64,000 nt of DNA from a bacterium (GTDB taxonomy: Bacteria; Patescibacteriota; Minisyncoccia; Moranbacterales; DUUL01). The stretch lies in contig JABGXP010000014.1 in the NCBI GenBank assembly GCA_018675685.1, positions 17,288-81,287 on the forward strand, written 5' to 3'. Under the pieces are notes generated by a model that was not told the DNA's origin, did no database searches, and saw only the letters and a program-made list of their open reading frames with translations. The position numbers and the translations under genes are program-made. Shown here piece after piece: positions 9,804 through 19,414 of the stretch (positions within the stretch are counted from its first letter, which is position 1; the number at the start of each line of letters is the position of its first letter).

Positions 9804-11021
9804 ATGCAAAAAATAATCACAGACGAAAAGAAGATTGACCAGCTACTTGAACGAGGAGTGGAAAATGTTTTCCCTGACAAGGAAGCTCTAAAGAAAAAGC
9901 TCATGAGTGGTGAGCGGATTCGTTTGTATTGTGGTTATGATCCAACTGCCAATTCGCTTCATATTGGAAATGCCATTACAATCAATAAACTTTCTCAGTT
10001 TCAGGAGTTGGGACATGAAGTTATTTTTTTGGTTGGAGACTTTACCTGTATGATTGGCGATCCAACCGACAAACTAGCGACTAGGAAAAAGATGACACGA
10101 GAAGATGTTTTGGAAAATGCCAAGGACTATCAACTTCAAGCTAGTGGATACCTAGCTTTTGACGGTGAAAATCCAGCTAAAGTAATGTATAACAGTGAGT
10201 GGAATGACAAATTGACTTTCAAGGAGCTTATTGAGCTTTCTTCGAACTTCACTGTTCAGCAAATGATTCAACGTGATATGTTTCAAAATCGCTTAAAGGA
10301 AGAGAAACCAATTCATTTACATGAATTTTTATACCCTCTAACACAAGGATATGACAGTGTGGCAATGGATGTTGATTTGGAAGTTGGCGGAAATGATCAA
10401 ATGTTCAATATGCTTGCCGGGCGAACTTTGCAAAAAGCGGTTAATGACAAAGAGAAGTTCGTTCTAACCCTGAAGCTTTTAGCAGATGACAACGGAAAGA
10501 AAATGGGTAAGAGCGAAGGAAATGCAGTTTTCTTAAATCAATCACCAGAAGATATGTACGGAAAAGTAATGAGCTGGGAAGATGGAGTGATTGTGCGTGC
10601 TCTTGAGCTTTGTACAAAAATTTCAATTTCTGAAATTGAAGAAATCACAGAAGCTTTGAAGGACGATAAAAATAATCCACGAGATCAAAAAATGCGATTA
10701 GCTTTTGAATTGGTTAAGATTAATTGTGGTGAAAAAGAAGCACAAAGAGCGCAAGAACATTTTGTGCGTACAATTCAAAAAGGTGAAGCTCCAGAGGATG
10801 TTATTGAAATTCAATTAGCGGTTGGAATAAAACTTTTGCAGGTTTTGGTTGACGAAAAAATGGCAGAAAGCGGAGGAGATGCAAAACGAAAAATCAAACA
10901 AGGGGGAGTGAAGCTCGATGACATTGTTGTGAATAATTTGCAAAAAGAAATTGCAGCTGAGGACAATGGAAGAATTCTGAAAGTAGGGAAAAGAGACTTT
11001 AGAAAGATTTTAGTGAAATAG
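9804..11021 (+). CDS. tyrS: Tyrosine--tRNA ligase
   Basis: The ATG at 9804 (MQKIITDEKK) aligns to TyrRS N-termini. HIGH motif as YCGYDPTANSLHIGN; KMSKS as KMGKS; C-terminal S4-like domain. Confidence 0.9.
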   Translation: MQKIITDEKKIDQLLERGVENVFPDKEALKKKLMSGERIRLYCGYDPTANSLHIGNAITINKLSQFQELGHEVIFLVGDFTCMIGDPTDKLATRKKMTREDVLENAKDYQLQASGYLAFDGENPAKVMYNSEWNDKLTFKELIELSSNFTVQQMIQRDMFQNRLKEEKPIHLHEFLYPLTQGYDSVAMDVDLEVGGNDQMFNMLAGRTLQKAVNDKEKFVLTLKLLADDNGKKMGKSEGNAVFLNQSPEDMYGKVMSWEDGVIVRALELCTKISISEIEEITEALKDDKNNPRDQKMRLAFELVKINCGEKEAQRAQEHFVRTIQKGEAPEDVIEIQLAVGIKLLQVLVDEKMAESGGDAKRKIKQGGVKLDDIVVNNLQKEIAAEDNGRILKVGKRDFRKILVK

Positions 11022-11107
11022 CACCTCGGGCTTAAGTTTTTCGGAGAAAAAACTTAAAATATAATTAAAAAACTGGCTTAAAATAACAAATAGTTATAGT
11101 TCAAATT

Positions 11108-12154
11108 ATGCAAAAAGAAACAATTGAAAAACTTAGAGAAACTGCAACCGGTGAATTAGAAAAAGCGAATTCATTAAATTCCCTTGAAGAGTTGAGGGTG
11201 AAATATTTGGGTCGGAAAAGTGAGTTTATCGGAATTTTACGTGGTTTGAAGGACCTAAGTGTTGAAGATAAGAAAGTTATTGGCCCTTTAGCTAATCAGG
11301 CTAAGATTGAAATCGAGTCAGGAATTCAAACAAAAATAACTTTTATTGAACAGCAAGAAAATGATGCGAAGGAATGGATTGATGTCACTCTCCCAGGCGA
11401 AAAAGAGAGAGTTGGTTCCATGCACGTGATTTCTCAAATTCAAAAGGAAATTGAAGACATTTTTATTTCTATGGGATTTGAAATTGGCGATGGTCCAGAA
11501 ATTGAAACAGAATGGTATAATTTTACAGCGCTAAATGTTCCAGCCGATCATCCAGCACGGGATATGCAAGATACTTTTTGGCTGAAACAGTCGCAGAAAA
11601 ACGAAAATAATAAAGAGGAGAAAATTTTACCAAGAACACAGCTTTCTCCGGATCAAATTCATTACATGCAATCACACACGCCTCCATTTAGAGTGATTGT
11701 ACCAGGGCGGGTATATCGAAATGAATCGACTGATGCAACACACGAACATACCTTTCATCAATTTGAAGCACTAGTTGTGGGGGAGGATATTTCGGTGGCA
11801 AACTTTAAGAGTATTGCACAAACATTTTTTTCAAAATTCTTTGGAAAAGAGCTCGAGATTCGTCTTCGACCGGGATACTTTCCTTTTACGGAACCTAGTT
11901 TCGAGTTTGATATTTCTTGTACAGTTTGTGGCGGTCAGGGTTGTCGATCTTGTAAAAACACAGGTTGGCTCGAAGTTGGTGGATGCGGAATGGTTAATCA
12001 ACGTGTTTTTGAGAATGCTGGATATGAAAGAAACAAATGGCAGGGCTTTGCCTGGGGCTTTGGAATGGAAAGATTAGCTATGATGAAATATAAAGTTGAC
12101 GACATTAGATTGTTTATGAGTGGAGATTTGCGTTTTTTAAGACAGTTTAAATAA
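11108..12154 (+). CDS. pheS: Phenylalanine--tRNA ligase alpha subunit
   Basis: Class II catalytic motifs (FRVIVPGRVYRNE; GWLEVGGCGMV; FAWGFGMERLAM). Confidence 0.95.
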   Translation: MQKETIEKLRETATGELEKANSLNSLEELRVKYLGRKSEFIGILRGLKDLSVEDKKVIGPLANQAKIEIESGIQTKITFIEQQENDAKEWIDVTLPGEKERVGSMHVISQIQKEIEDIFISMGFEIGDGPEIETEWYNFTALNVPADHPARDMQDTFWLKQSQKNENNKEEKILPRTQLSPDQIHYMQSHTPPFRVIVPGRVYRNESTDATHEHTFHQFEALVVGEDISVANFKSIAQTFFSKFFGKELEIRLRPGYFPFTEPSFEFDISCTVCGGQGCRSCKNTGWLEVGGCGMVNQRVFENAGYERNKWQGFAWGFGMERLAMMKYKVDDIRLFMSGDLRFLRQFK

Positions 12155-12170
12155 AAACTAAAATAAAAAA

Positions 12171-13229
12171 ATGAATCAAGAAAATCTTTCCAAAAGAATT
12201 AATCAACCGGAAAATGTCTCTAAAGAGAAAAGCAATCCGGCATTTCATCTTTTTCTCTATTTGGTATCATTTTTGTCACTTAGTTTTTTAGTTGCAGGAA
12301 TTTTGATTTCAATTCACCAAGCAATTAACAAGTTCATCCCCGATTCATTGGATTCTAGCTATTTTGATAATGATGCGATTAAATTTGGCTTATCTGCACT
12401 TATTGTGACGATTCCACTTTATTATGGAATTTTATTTTTATTGAACAGGAAACTTGAAAGAAAAGAAATTCCAGCCGACTCCTTGGTACGAAAAACCATC
12501 ACATATTTAGCATTAGTTGCTTTCTCAGCAATGGCAATTGGGAGTCTCGTTTCAATTATGTATAGTTATTTTGACGGTGAAATAACAACCAGATTTGTGC
12601 TTAAGGCACTTTCTTTTTTGTTTGTTTCCACTTTCTTCTTTGGCTTTTATTTTTGGGAAATCAGACGTTCGGAATTTTTCAAGAGCATGTTTATGAACTT
12701 TTTCATAGCTTCTATAGTGATCGCTCTGGCTTCAATGGTTCTGGGATTTTTTGTTATTGATAATCCAACGACAGCTAGGAATAAAAGAATTGACAATGAG
12801 CTGATTCAAAATATGAGCGATGCTGGTAGGAAGATCAATTTAGAATTTAAGGGGCAAGATGAATTTAATCAAGGTCTTTCAGTAAGACAATCCCAACGTG
12901 ATAAAATGATTTTGGAAATGGCTAAGAATGGAAATACTCCAGAAGAAATTGAAAAGGTTGTAAATAAGTTTTATGGGGGAGACATGATCGGAAAGTTGCC
13001 AACTAATCAGGAAATGAACGGAAAAATTGATAAGAATGTTGTCTATAAGACAAAAGAGGGAAGTTTCTATGAGTTATGTGGGGATTTTAAAATAGAAAAT
13101 AAAACAGGTGGCAACAACTGGAATTCAAATGGAGATAAATGGGCTCATCCAGCTGGAAATCATTGTTTTGTATTTGATGCAAAAGACAATGCATACAATA
13201 ATTATCCAATTCAAATGAAAGTTAATTAG
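12171..13229 (+). CDS. Hypothetical polytopic membrane protein (DUF5671-like N-terminus) with C-terminal soluble domain
   Basis: At least five hydrophobic helices in the first ~200 aa, then a polar C-terminal domain (…GDFKIENKTGGNNWNSNGDKWAHPAGNHCF). Inserted between pheS and pheT. Confidence 0.45.
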   Translation: MNQENLSKRINQPENVSKEKSNPAFHLFLYLVSFLSLSFLVAGILISIHQAINKFIPDSLDSSYFDNDAIKFGLSALIVTIPLYYGILFLLNRKLERKEIPADSLVRKTITYLALVAFSAMAIGSLVSIMYSYFDGEITTRFVLKALSFLFVSTFFFGFYFWEIRRSEFFKSMFMNFFIASIVIALASMVLGFFVIDNPTTARNKRIDNELIQNMSDAGRKINLEFKGQDEFNQGLSVRQSQRDKMILEMAKNGNTPEEIEKVVNKFYGGDMIGKLPTNQEMNGKIDKNVVYKTKEGSFYELCGDFKIENKTGGNNWNSNGDKWAHPAGNHCFVFDAKDNAYNNYPIQMKVN

Positions 13230-13260
13230 TTTCTAAGATATAATAAATTTAGTTTTAATT

Positions 13261-15648
13261 ATGAAATATTCCTATAAGTGGTTAAAAGAGTTAAGTGGAA
13301 CAAAGAAGAGTTCTAAAGATTTAATGGAGATGGTTGGACTTAAGGGTTTTGAACTAGAAGGCTCCGAAGAATTTGCAAAGAGATATGACAAATTTATAGT
13401 GGGTGAAATTTTAGAATTTCATCAACATCCGAATGCTGATAATTTGAGACTTGTTAGGGTTGGGCTTGGTAAGGAAGAAGAGACCCAAGTTGTCTGTGGT
13501 GCTACTAATTTTGAAGTTTGGGATAAAATCCCCGTTGCTCTTATTGGAGCTGTTGTGCCAAAGAGTAAGATGAAGATTGAAAAGGTTAAACTCAGGGATG
13601 AATTTTCTGAAGGGATGCTTTGTTCGGAGGATGAACTGGAATTAGGAAAAGACAGTGGAGGGATTATGATTTTAGATGAAAAATTAAAAGTAGGAACGCC
13701 AATCGTAGAAGCACTGGAGTTGGATGATGTTATTATCGATTTTGATGTGTTACCAAACCGTGCCCATGATTGCTTGAGTCACATTGGAATGGCACGAGAA
13801 ATCTCTGTAATGGAGGGATCTAAAATGAACGACGCATACATAAAACTTCCGAATGAAATATCCAGTGACGGAATTGAGATTGATATACAAAATCGAGAAG
13901 CTTGCCCAAGGTATATCGGAGCGATTTTGGACAATATAGTTATTGGGCCATCTCCAAGATGGATGCAATTACGCTTAATTGCTAGTGGTATGGAGCCAAT
14001 AAATAATATTGTTGATATCACGAATTATGTAATGCTCGAAACAGGAAGTCCCTTGCATGCATTTGATTTTAATAACATCGCTAATAGTGATGGTCTAGTG
14101 AAAATTATCGTGAGGAATGCAGTAGGTGACGAGAAAATGATGCTATTAGACGGGAAGGAAATTGAGTTAGACGAGAATGATCTTTTAATTACTAATGAAA
14201 AGCAAGGCTTGGCGCTGGCTGGAGTAAAGGGAGGACTGGATTCAGGAATTGCTATCGGAACAAATAAAATTGTCTTAGAGGCTGCAAATTTCAAGGGTTT
14301 TGACGTGAGGAAAACACGGCAAAGACACGCACTTTCAACTGAAGCGCAAATTCGCTTTGAAAAAGGAATTTCACCAAAACTTGCTGAATATGCAGCAGCA
14401 AGAGCGTTGGAACTTTTAGAAGAATATGCAAATGCTAATGTTGTTGCTATTAGCGATGCTGATTTTTCTAGTAACGATTTGCAAAAACAAATCTTTAAAT
14501 TTGATTACACACGAAGACTCTTAGGGGAACACGTTGCAAATGATAAGATGAGTGAAATTATTTCAAATCTTGGATTTAAGATTGAGAGCGAAGACGAGGA
14601 AGGGTTCGAAGCAAGTGTGCCATTTTGGCGCTTGGACATTGAGGGAAGCGCTGATTTAGTTGAAGAGGTTGGAAGAATTGTTGGTTATGGCAATATTAAA
14701 GAGGTTCCAATTATTGAAAATATTGCGCCAGCAAACATCAATAAGTCACGAGTATTTGAATGGGAGTTAATCAGACAAATGAATGGACTTGGATTTGATG
14801 AGGCTAGACTTTATTCTTTTTATAGCAAAAAAGACGCAGAAAACTGTGGAATTGATACCGATCATTTTGAAATAGAGAATCCCTTAAGTGAAGAACTGTC
14901 CTTGATGAGAATCTCTCTTGTCCCTAATTTGCTTAGGAGTGCAAGTGAAAATGCAAAATATCTTGCTGATTTTTCGATTTTTGAATTGGGAAGAGAATAT
15001 CTTAAAAAAGGAGAAGAAAGAGTGGAGCGGAGGAAAATTTCAGGTGTTTATTTTAATATTGCGAAAAAAGATACTGAACTTTTCTATGTCTTAAAAGGTA
15101 AGGTGGCAGCATTATTACAGAAAAACATTGATGGAAAAATTGAGTTTATTGTCCCTTTAAACTGGAGTAATGGAATTTACCATCAAACAAGGACTGCGGA
15201 GATTATTGTTAATGGTGATAAAGTTGGAATCTTGGGGCAGGTTAACAAGGCTGTAGCTAGGAAGTTTAGTATCAAGAAGCCCGTTGTTGTTTTTGAGATT
15301 GATATTGAGAAAATTGCACTGGCAGTGAATAGCGAAAAGATTTTTCAGCAAATTGAAAAATTCCCAGTAGTTCTTCGTGATTTATCAATGTTTATTGACT
15401 CAAAGAGACAATCATCTGAAATTGTGAAGATAATTGAAATAGCTTCAGGCGAAAGCTTGAAGGAGATTGAATTATTTGATGTTTACGATGACAAGGATAA
15501 TAATAGAAAGTCTTTAGCGTTTCATTTAGCGTTTAGCAAGAAAAATGCTACACTTGAAAGTGAAGAAGTCGACATTGTGATGAATAAAATTATCTTAGCC
15601 CTTGAAAAAGAAAAAGTTCAAGTTAGAAAGAAAGAAGAACAAAGTTAA
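13261..15648 (+). CDS. pheT: Phenylalanine--tRNA ligase beta subunit
   Basis: 795 aa; N-terminal tRNA-binding (Myf-like) domain; B3/B4 and B5 regions; C-terminal FDX-ACB-like domain. Confidence 0.95.
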   Translation: MKYSYKWLKELSGTKKSSKDLMEMVGLKGFELEGSEEFAKRYDKFIVGEILEFHQHPNADNLRLVRVGLGKEEETQVVCGATNFEVWDKIPVALIGAVVPKSKMKIEKVKLRDEFSEGMLCSEDELELGKDSGGIMILDEKLKVGTPIVEALELDDVIIDFDVLPNRAHDCLSHIGMAREISVMEGSKMNDAYIKLPNEISSDGIEIDIQNREACPRYIGAILDNIVIGPSPRWMQLRLIASGMEPINNIVDITNYVMLETGSPLHAFDFNNIANSDGLVKIIVRNAVGDEKMMLLDGKEIELDENDLLITNEKQGLALAGVKGGLDSGIAIGTNKIVLEAANFKGFDVRKTRQRHALSTEAQIRFEKGISPKLAEYAAARALELLEEYANANVVAISDADFSSNDLQKQIFKFDYTRRLLGEHVANDKMSEIISNLGFKIESEDEEGFEASVPFWRLDIEGSADLVEEVGRIVGYGNIKEVPIIENIAPANINKSRVFEWELIRQMNGLGFDEARLYSFYSKKDAENCGIDTDHFEIENPLSEELSLMRISLVPNLLRSASENAKYLADFSIFELGREYLKKGEERVERRKISGVYFNIAKKDTELFYVLKGKVAALLQKNIDGKIEFIVPLNWSNGIYHQTRTAEIIVNGDKVGILGQVNKAVARKFSIKKPVVVFEIDIEKIALAVNSEKIFQQIEKFPVVLRDLSMFIDSKRQSSEIVKIIEIASGESLKEIELFDVYDDKDNNRKSLAFHLAFSKKNATLESEEVDIVMNKIILALEKEKVQVRKKEEQS

Positions 15649-15724
15649 AAGTAATTTCTTAAAAAAGACAGCTAGGGGTTCTGCTAAATTTGCAATTAAT
15701 TGTCATTTGAGAAAATTCTCTAAT

Positions 15725-16957
15725 ATGAAAAATAAAAAAAGAAAACACGAAAAAGATTCCTATAACACCATTGAAGAGGCTGTAGCGGCTATCTTCCTTA
15801 ATAAAAAAGATCGAAAAAGAATGTTTTCAGTTCTTTTTTCGCTGTCTTTGGTTGGAGCTTTGATCGTTCTGACTGGGACACACTTTCTCTTGAAACAGCA
15901 AGCGGTGATAGATCAGAATAGCGATATTGATTGGAAGAACCAGCATACATTTGCTAGGCAGTTGAAGGGTAAAACAGAGCTGATCGGTGATGATGAAAGT
16001 CAGGAAAAAAATCAAAGCAGTGAGGTGGATAAAGAGGAATACATTCAAAACAGTTTTAAGAATGATACATTAGAGGTATTTTTCTTAGGAGATTTAATGC
16101 TCGATCGTTACAATAGGGAGCTAATGGAACGAAAGGGAGACGGATGGATGACAGAAAGAGTCCGACATTTATTTTTGGAGAAGGACTTAAATGTTGCAAA
16201 CTTGGAAGGTCCAGTAACAACGGATCAATCTGTTTCTGTGGGATCCGAGGAAGGTGTGAAGAATAACTTTATTTTTACATTTGACCCAGACGGAACTAGA
16301 AACTTTCTTCAAGATAACAAAATTAATCTTGTTAATTTAGGAAATAATCATATTTTGAATTTTGGTAAAAAAGGCTTCACTCAGACGAAAAAATTCCTAT
16401 CTCAAAATAACTTTGGATATTTTGGAGATATCAGTGGTGAAGACGATATTTTTATTGAAAAAAATATCAATGGAATAAAAGTCGCCTTTATTAGTTATAA
16501 TCAATTCAGTGGAAATGGTTTCGATGAAATTAAAAGAAAGGTAGAGGATTTGGAAAAACTAAATGATCTGACTATTGTCTATGCTCATTGGGGGAGTGAA
16601 TATGAGCTAGAGGAGAATAAGCAGCAAAGAGAAGAAGCCCATGAATTTATTGATGCAGGAGCTGACCTTATCATTGGCTCTCATCCACATGTAGTTCAGC
16701 CCGTTGAAATGTATAATAAAAGGGCCATTTTTTATTCTTTAGGCAATTTTATTTTCGATCAATATTTTTCAGAAGATACGATGGTTGGATTGGGAGTGAA
16801 TGTTTCTATAGCAAAAACTAAAGAGCTGGATTTCACTCTTACCCCATTGCAATTGCAAAGAAATGGACAAGTTGATTTTGCAACCGATGAGCAAGAGAAT
16901 AAACTATTGAATAGAATTTTAAAGTCCAAAGAGACTAGAGCTGAAATGTCTTTGTAA
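15725..16957 (+). CDS. CapA/PGA_cap-family metallophosphatase (poly-gamma-glutamate synthesis protein-like), membrane anchored
   Basis: The track ORF overlaps the pheT end; the first ATG past the overlap is 15725, with a later ATG at 15821 also possible. Signal anchor MFSVLFSLSLVGALIVL; CapA motifs FLGDLMLDRY, NLEGP, NLGNNH, YAHWGSEY, GSHPHVVQ, SLGNFIFDQ. Confidence 0.7.
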   Translation: MKNKKRKHEKDSYNTIEEAVAAIFLNKKDRKRMFSVLFSLSLVGALIVLTGTHFLLKQQAVIDQNSDIDWKNQHTFARQLKGKTELIGDDESQEKNQSSEVDKEEYIQNSFKNDTLEVFFLGDLMLDRYNRELMERKGDGWMTERVRHLFLEKDLNVANLEGPVTTDQSVSVGSEEGVKNNFIFTFDPDGTRNFLQDNKINLVNLGNNHILNFGKKGFTQTKKFLSQNNFGYFGDISGEDDIFIEKNINGIKVAFISYNQFSGNGFDEIKRKVEDLEKLNDLTIVYAHWGSEYELEENKQQREEAHEFIDAGADLIIGSHPHVVQPVEMYNKRAIFYSLGNFIFDQYFSEDTMVGLGVNVSIAKTKELDFTLTPLQLQRNGQVDFATDEQENKLLNRILKSKETRAEMSL

Positions 16958-17043
16958 CCCTTGTTTTTATAGCCAGAAAATCGATGACTACAGAATTTTC
17001 TGGGCCATTTTTTTTATAGCAACTCTTATTTTTGATAAAAAAA

Positions 17044-17078
17044 GGTCTTCGCCAGGAGGATTTCCGGCGAAGACCAGG
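17044..17078 (-). terminator. Rho-independent terminator for the minus-strand two-gene cassette
   Basis: Perfect 10-bp stem GGTCTTCGCC/GGCGAAGACC with a short loop; read on the minus strand it is followed by a T-run (plus-strand aaaaaaa just upstream). Confidence 0.6.
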
Positions 17079-17157
17079 TTCGGGACTTCAGATGATGATT
17101 GGTTGTATTGTGTTTGGTGGTTTGTTTTTAAATCCGCCGACCCAAGCTGGCTCCAGT

Positions 17158-17637
17158 CTAGGCTGCGGCGATCTGGATGGTTTCAAACCCAAAGGCGTAG
17201 GCGATGGTAGCAACAATTTCGGCAGGTGCCAACCCTCTTTTTTTACCGGTGCTCACTGCGCCAGGTTCATTATCCCTTGTCGTCTGCAAAAGCAAGATAC
17301 TGTCTACCATGATGACTGTCATAAGGTTTGCGTTGTCAGTCATGGAAAAGTTCGCGACAAAATCATTGGTGGAATTCGTAGCTCCAGCCTCTGGAATGTC
17401 CACGGCCTGTGCATCGGCAACTGTTGTCATCAGCGTATTTAAAGAAGAGTCACTTCCGGATAGAGTGGGATTCGTAAGCCCAGCCCCAACACCGGCAGAG
17501 TCAATGGTAAACATAACAGGCGTGTATGCTTTTGCATCCATTTCATCAATGGAGGACGCGATAGCAACACTAAATGAAGTGATCAGGAAAACAAGTGCGA
17601 TACCAAGAGGCATCAGGAATTTGCCAAGCTTTTTCAT
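17158..17637 (-). CDS. Hypothetical small exported protein (signal peptide), in a GC-richer cassette
   Basis: The ATG at 17637 is preceded by AAAGGAGG with 8-nt spacing. MKKLGKFLMPLGIALVFLITSFSVAIASS is a Sec-type signal peptide. The mature part is Thr/Ser/Ala/Asn-rich. Confidence 0.55.
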   Translation of the reverse strand: MKKLGKFLMPLGIALVFLITSFSVAIASSIDEMDAKAYTPVMFTIDSAGVGAGLTNPTLSGSDSSLNTLMTTVADAQAVDIPEAGATNSTNDFVANFSMTDNANLMTVIMVDSILLLQTTRDNEPGAVSTGKKRGLAPAEIVATIAYAFGFETIQIAAA

Positions 17638-17909
17638 GGGCAAAACCTCCTTTGTTTTCTGTGCGGTTAACATTTTTTGAAAATACGATTGCCAAAAAAA
17701 TACATCATCTCTGAAAAGAACCATTTCTATATAAGCATATTTTTTATTACGCTGTCAAGAAAGTGGCTATTTAAAAAAAGAGGCACTCCCGTCGTGATAT
17801 TTTCGACAAGAGTGCCAACGGTTCTTCGTGACAGTTTCCATTGCGAACCCATGTTCGCTTTTAATATACTTATTCCACTTTACAGTTCAACGTACTATTT
17901 TGCTTCAGA

Positions 17910-18275
17910 TCAGATGTCAATGATCTTGGGCTTTTTTGGACAAATCCAGGCTTCAGACTCACTTTCAGGATCCATTTCAGAATTACCAGGTTCTTGAAGA
18001 AAAAGTTTTCTAACTTGGAATCGTCCCAGATTCACCTCATCTGCTTCAATGACCAAATCTGCATTGCGGATCAAACCAGACCACATCGGCTCACTCAAAT
18101 CATTTTCATCTACAACGCTGTTTACTGTCGAGGTATTTGCCCCATCATTCAACAGGTCGTGTGCAGAAATAGCTTTTGAATCACCAAAAACTTGTTGTGG
18201 TTTGGAGTTGGTGTTACCAACGGAACTAAAATAAAACAGTGTGACTACAATGGCCACGATTAGAGTTATTTTCAA
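17910..18275 (-). CDS. Hypothetical small membrane-anchored/exported protein, first gene of the GC-richer cassette
   Basis: TTG start at 18275 with AAGGAG 8 nt upstream. N-terminal hydrophobic anchor MKITLIVAIVVTLFYF, then an acidic polar domain. Confidence 0.45.
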   Translation of the reverse strand: MKITLIVAIVVTLFYFSSVGNTNSKPQQVFGDSKAISAHDLLNDGANTSTVNSVVDENDLSEPMWSGLIRNADLVIEADEVNLGRFQVRKLFLQEPGNSEMDPESESEAWICPKKPKIIDI

Positions 18276-18435
18276 GGTTGTACTCCTTTCCCTTACTAAA
18301 GGGTCTTAAACCGCCAAATGTGAAGAACCGTTAGATTAATTTAAGCATTACTCTTTGATTTTGTCAATAGTTTATAAAAAAGAAGGATACTATATAATTA
18401 GAAGAGTGAGTTTAAGATGTTTAAAAGTCAAAAGG

Positions 18436-19128
18436 ATGGATTTGCCAAAAATTATTGTTGAGAAGGAACTTGCAGAAAAAGGAGTGAAGATTGTACTTGG
18501 AGTTGATGAGGTAGGTAGGGGCCCGTTAGCAGGACCAGTTGTTGCTGCTGCAGCTTGGGTCAACCCTTTGTTTTTGGAGAAAGATTTTGAGAAAAGAAAC
18601 TTAGTCCGTGATAGTAAGAAATTGAGTGAAAAACAAAGAGCTGAAATTTGTGAATATATCCTAAAGAGTGACGATTTCGTGATAGGGATTGGAGAGGTAT
18701 CTCACAGAACAGTTGATAAAATCAACATATTAAATGCTTCATTACTCGCAATGAAGATTGCAGTTGAAGACGTGATGGAAAAATTTGACCAAACAAATCA
18801 CTTTTCAAAGCAGACTGAAAATCTAAAGAGCTGTTTATTGGTAGATGGGAATCGTGAAATTCCTAAAATGAAAATGAAGCAAAGATTGTTTTCGAAAGGT
18901 GACGCTAGAATTTTTTCAATCGCTGCAGCCTCTATTTGCGCTAAAGTTTATCGCGATGAATTGATGCAAGAGTATCACAAAAAATGGCCTCGTTTTGGTT
19001 TTGATACCCACAAGGGGTATGGAACTAAAAAACATATGGATGCTTTGCAAAAAGTTGGTCTGTGTCAAATCCATAGAAAAAGCTTTGGTCCAGTGAAAGA
19101 TCTACTAACAGAGGCCCTGAAGCCTTAA
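18436..19128 (+). CDS. rnhB: Ribonuclease HII
   Basis: ATG at 18436 (MDLPKII), in frame with the longer track ORF; the GVDEVGRGPLAGPVV motif and the DSK motif. Confidence 0.9.
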   Translation: MDLPKIIVEKELAEKGVKIVLGVDEVGRGPLAGPVVAAAAWVNPLFLEKDFEKRNLVRDSKKLSEKQRAEICEYILKSDDFVIGIGEVSHRTVDKINILNASLLAMKIAVEDVMEKFDQTNHFSKQTENLKSCLLVDGNREIPKMKMKQRLFSKGDARIFSIAAASICAKVYRDELMQEYHKKWPRFGFDTHKGYGTKKHMDALQKVGLCQIHRKSFGPVKDLLTEALKP

Positions 19129-19135
19129 AAGGTAA

Positions 19136-19161
19136 TAAAAAAACACTAAAAAGTGTTTTGT
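19136..19161. terminator. Bidirectional hairpin terminator between rnhB and tRNA-Leu
   Basis: Stem AACACT / AGTGTT with an AAAA loop, flanked by an A-run on one side and a T-run on the other. Confidence 0.5.
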
Positions 19162-19245
19162 GTGCCTCGGGAGAGAATCGAACTCTCACAGTATCACTAC
19201 TACACGATTTTGAGTCGTGCGCGTCTACCAATTCCGCCACCGAGG
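19162..19245 (-). tRNA. tRNA-Leu (anticodon CAA), type II with long variable arm
   Basis: The minus-strand sequence GCCTCGGTGGCGGAATTGGTAGACGCGCACGACTCAAAATCGTGTAGTAGTGATACTGTGAGAGTTCGATTCTCTCCCGAGGCA folds as a cloverleaf: 7-bp acceptor, D arm GCG/CGC, anticodon stem CACGA/TCGTG with loop CTCAAAA. It aligns closely with E. coli tRNA-Leu(CAA). CCA is not encoded. Confidence 0.85.
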
Positions 19246-19414
19246 CATTGCAATCTAAACCTAATAATATACAAGCAGAGTGATTCTGTCAATTCTCCTA
19301 AAAGGTAAGTTTCTAGTATTGCAAAAAGCATTTCTTTGTGTTATTGTGGGTGCAGTCCAAAAGTGACTTTTGGGCATTCTTAGTTATTATGGATAAAAAG
19401 TTTAAGTTAAAGTA

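Noticed and set aside
11775-12077. 100-aa plus-strand ORF inside pheS in another frame
   Set aside because: Overlaps the conserved PheS motif 2/3 region in a different frame; no independent signal.
17032-17680. Two long plus-strand ORFs (17032-17442, 17204-17680) over the GC-richer cassette
   Set aside because: They are antisense to a minus-strand gene with a strong SD, a signal peptide and a terminator. They have no RBS and a Gly/Ala/Pro-skewed composition typical of shadow frames in GC-rich DNA.
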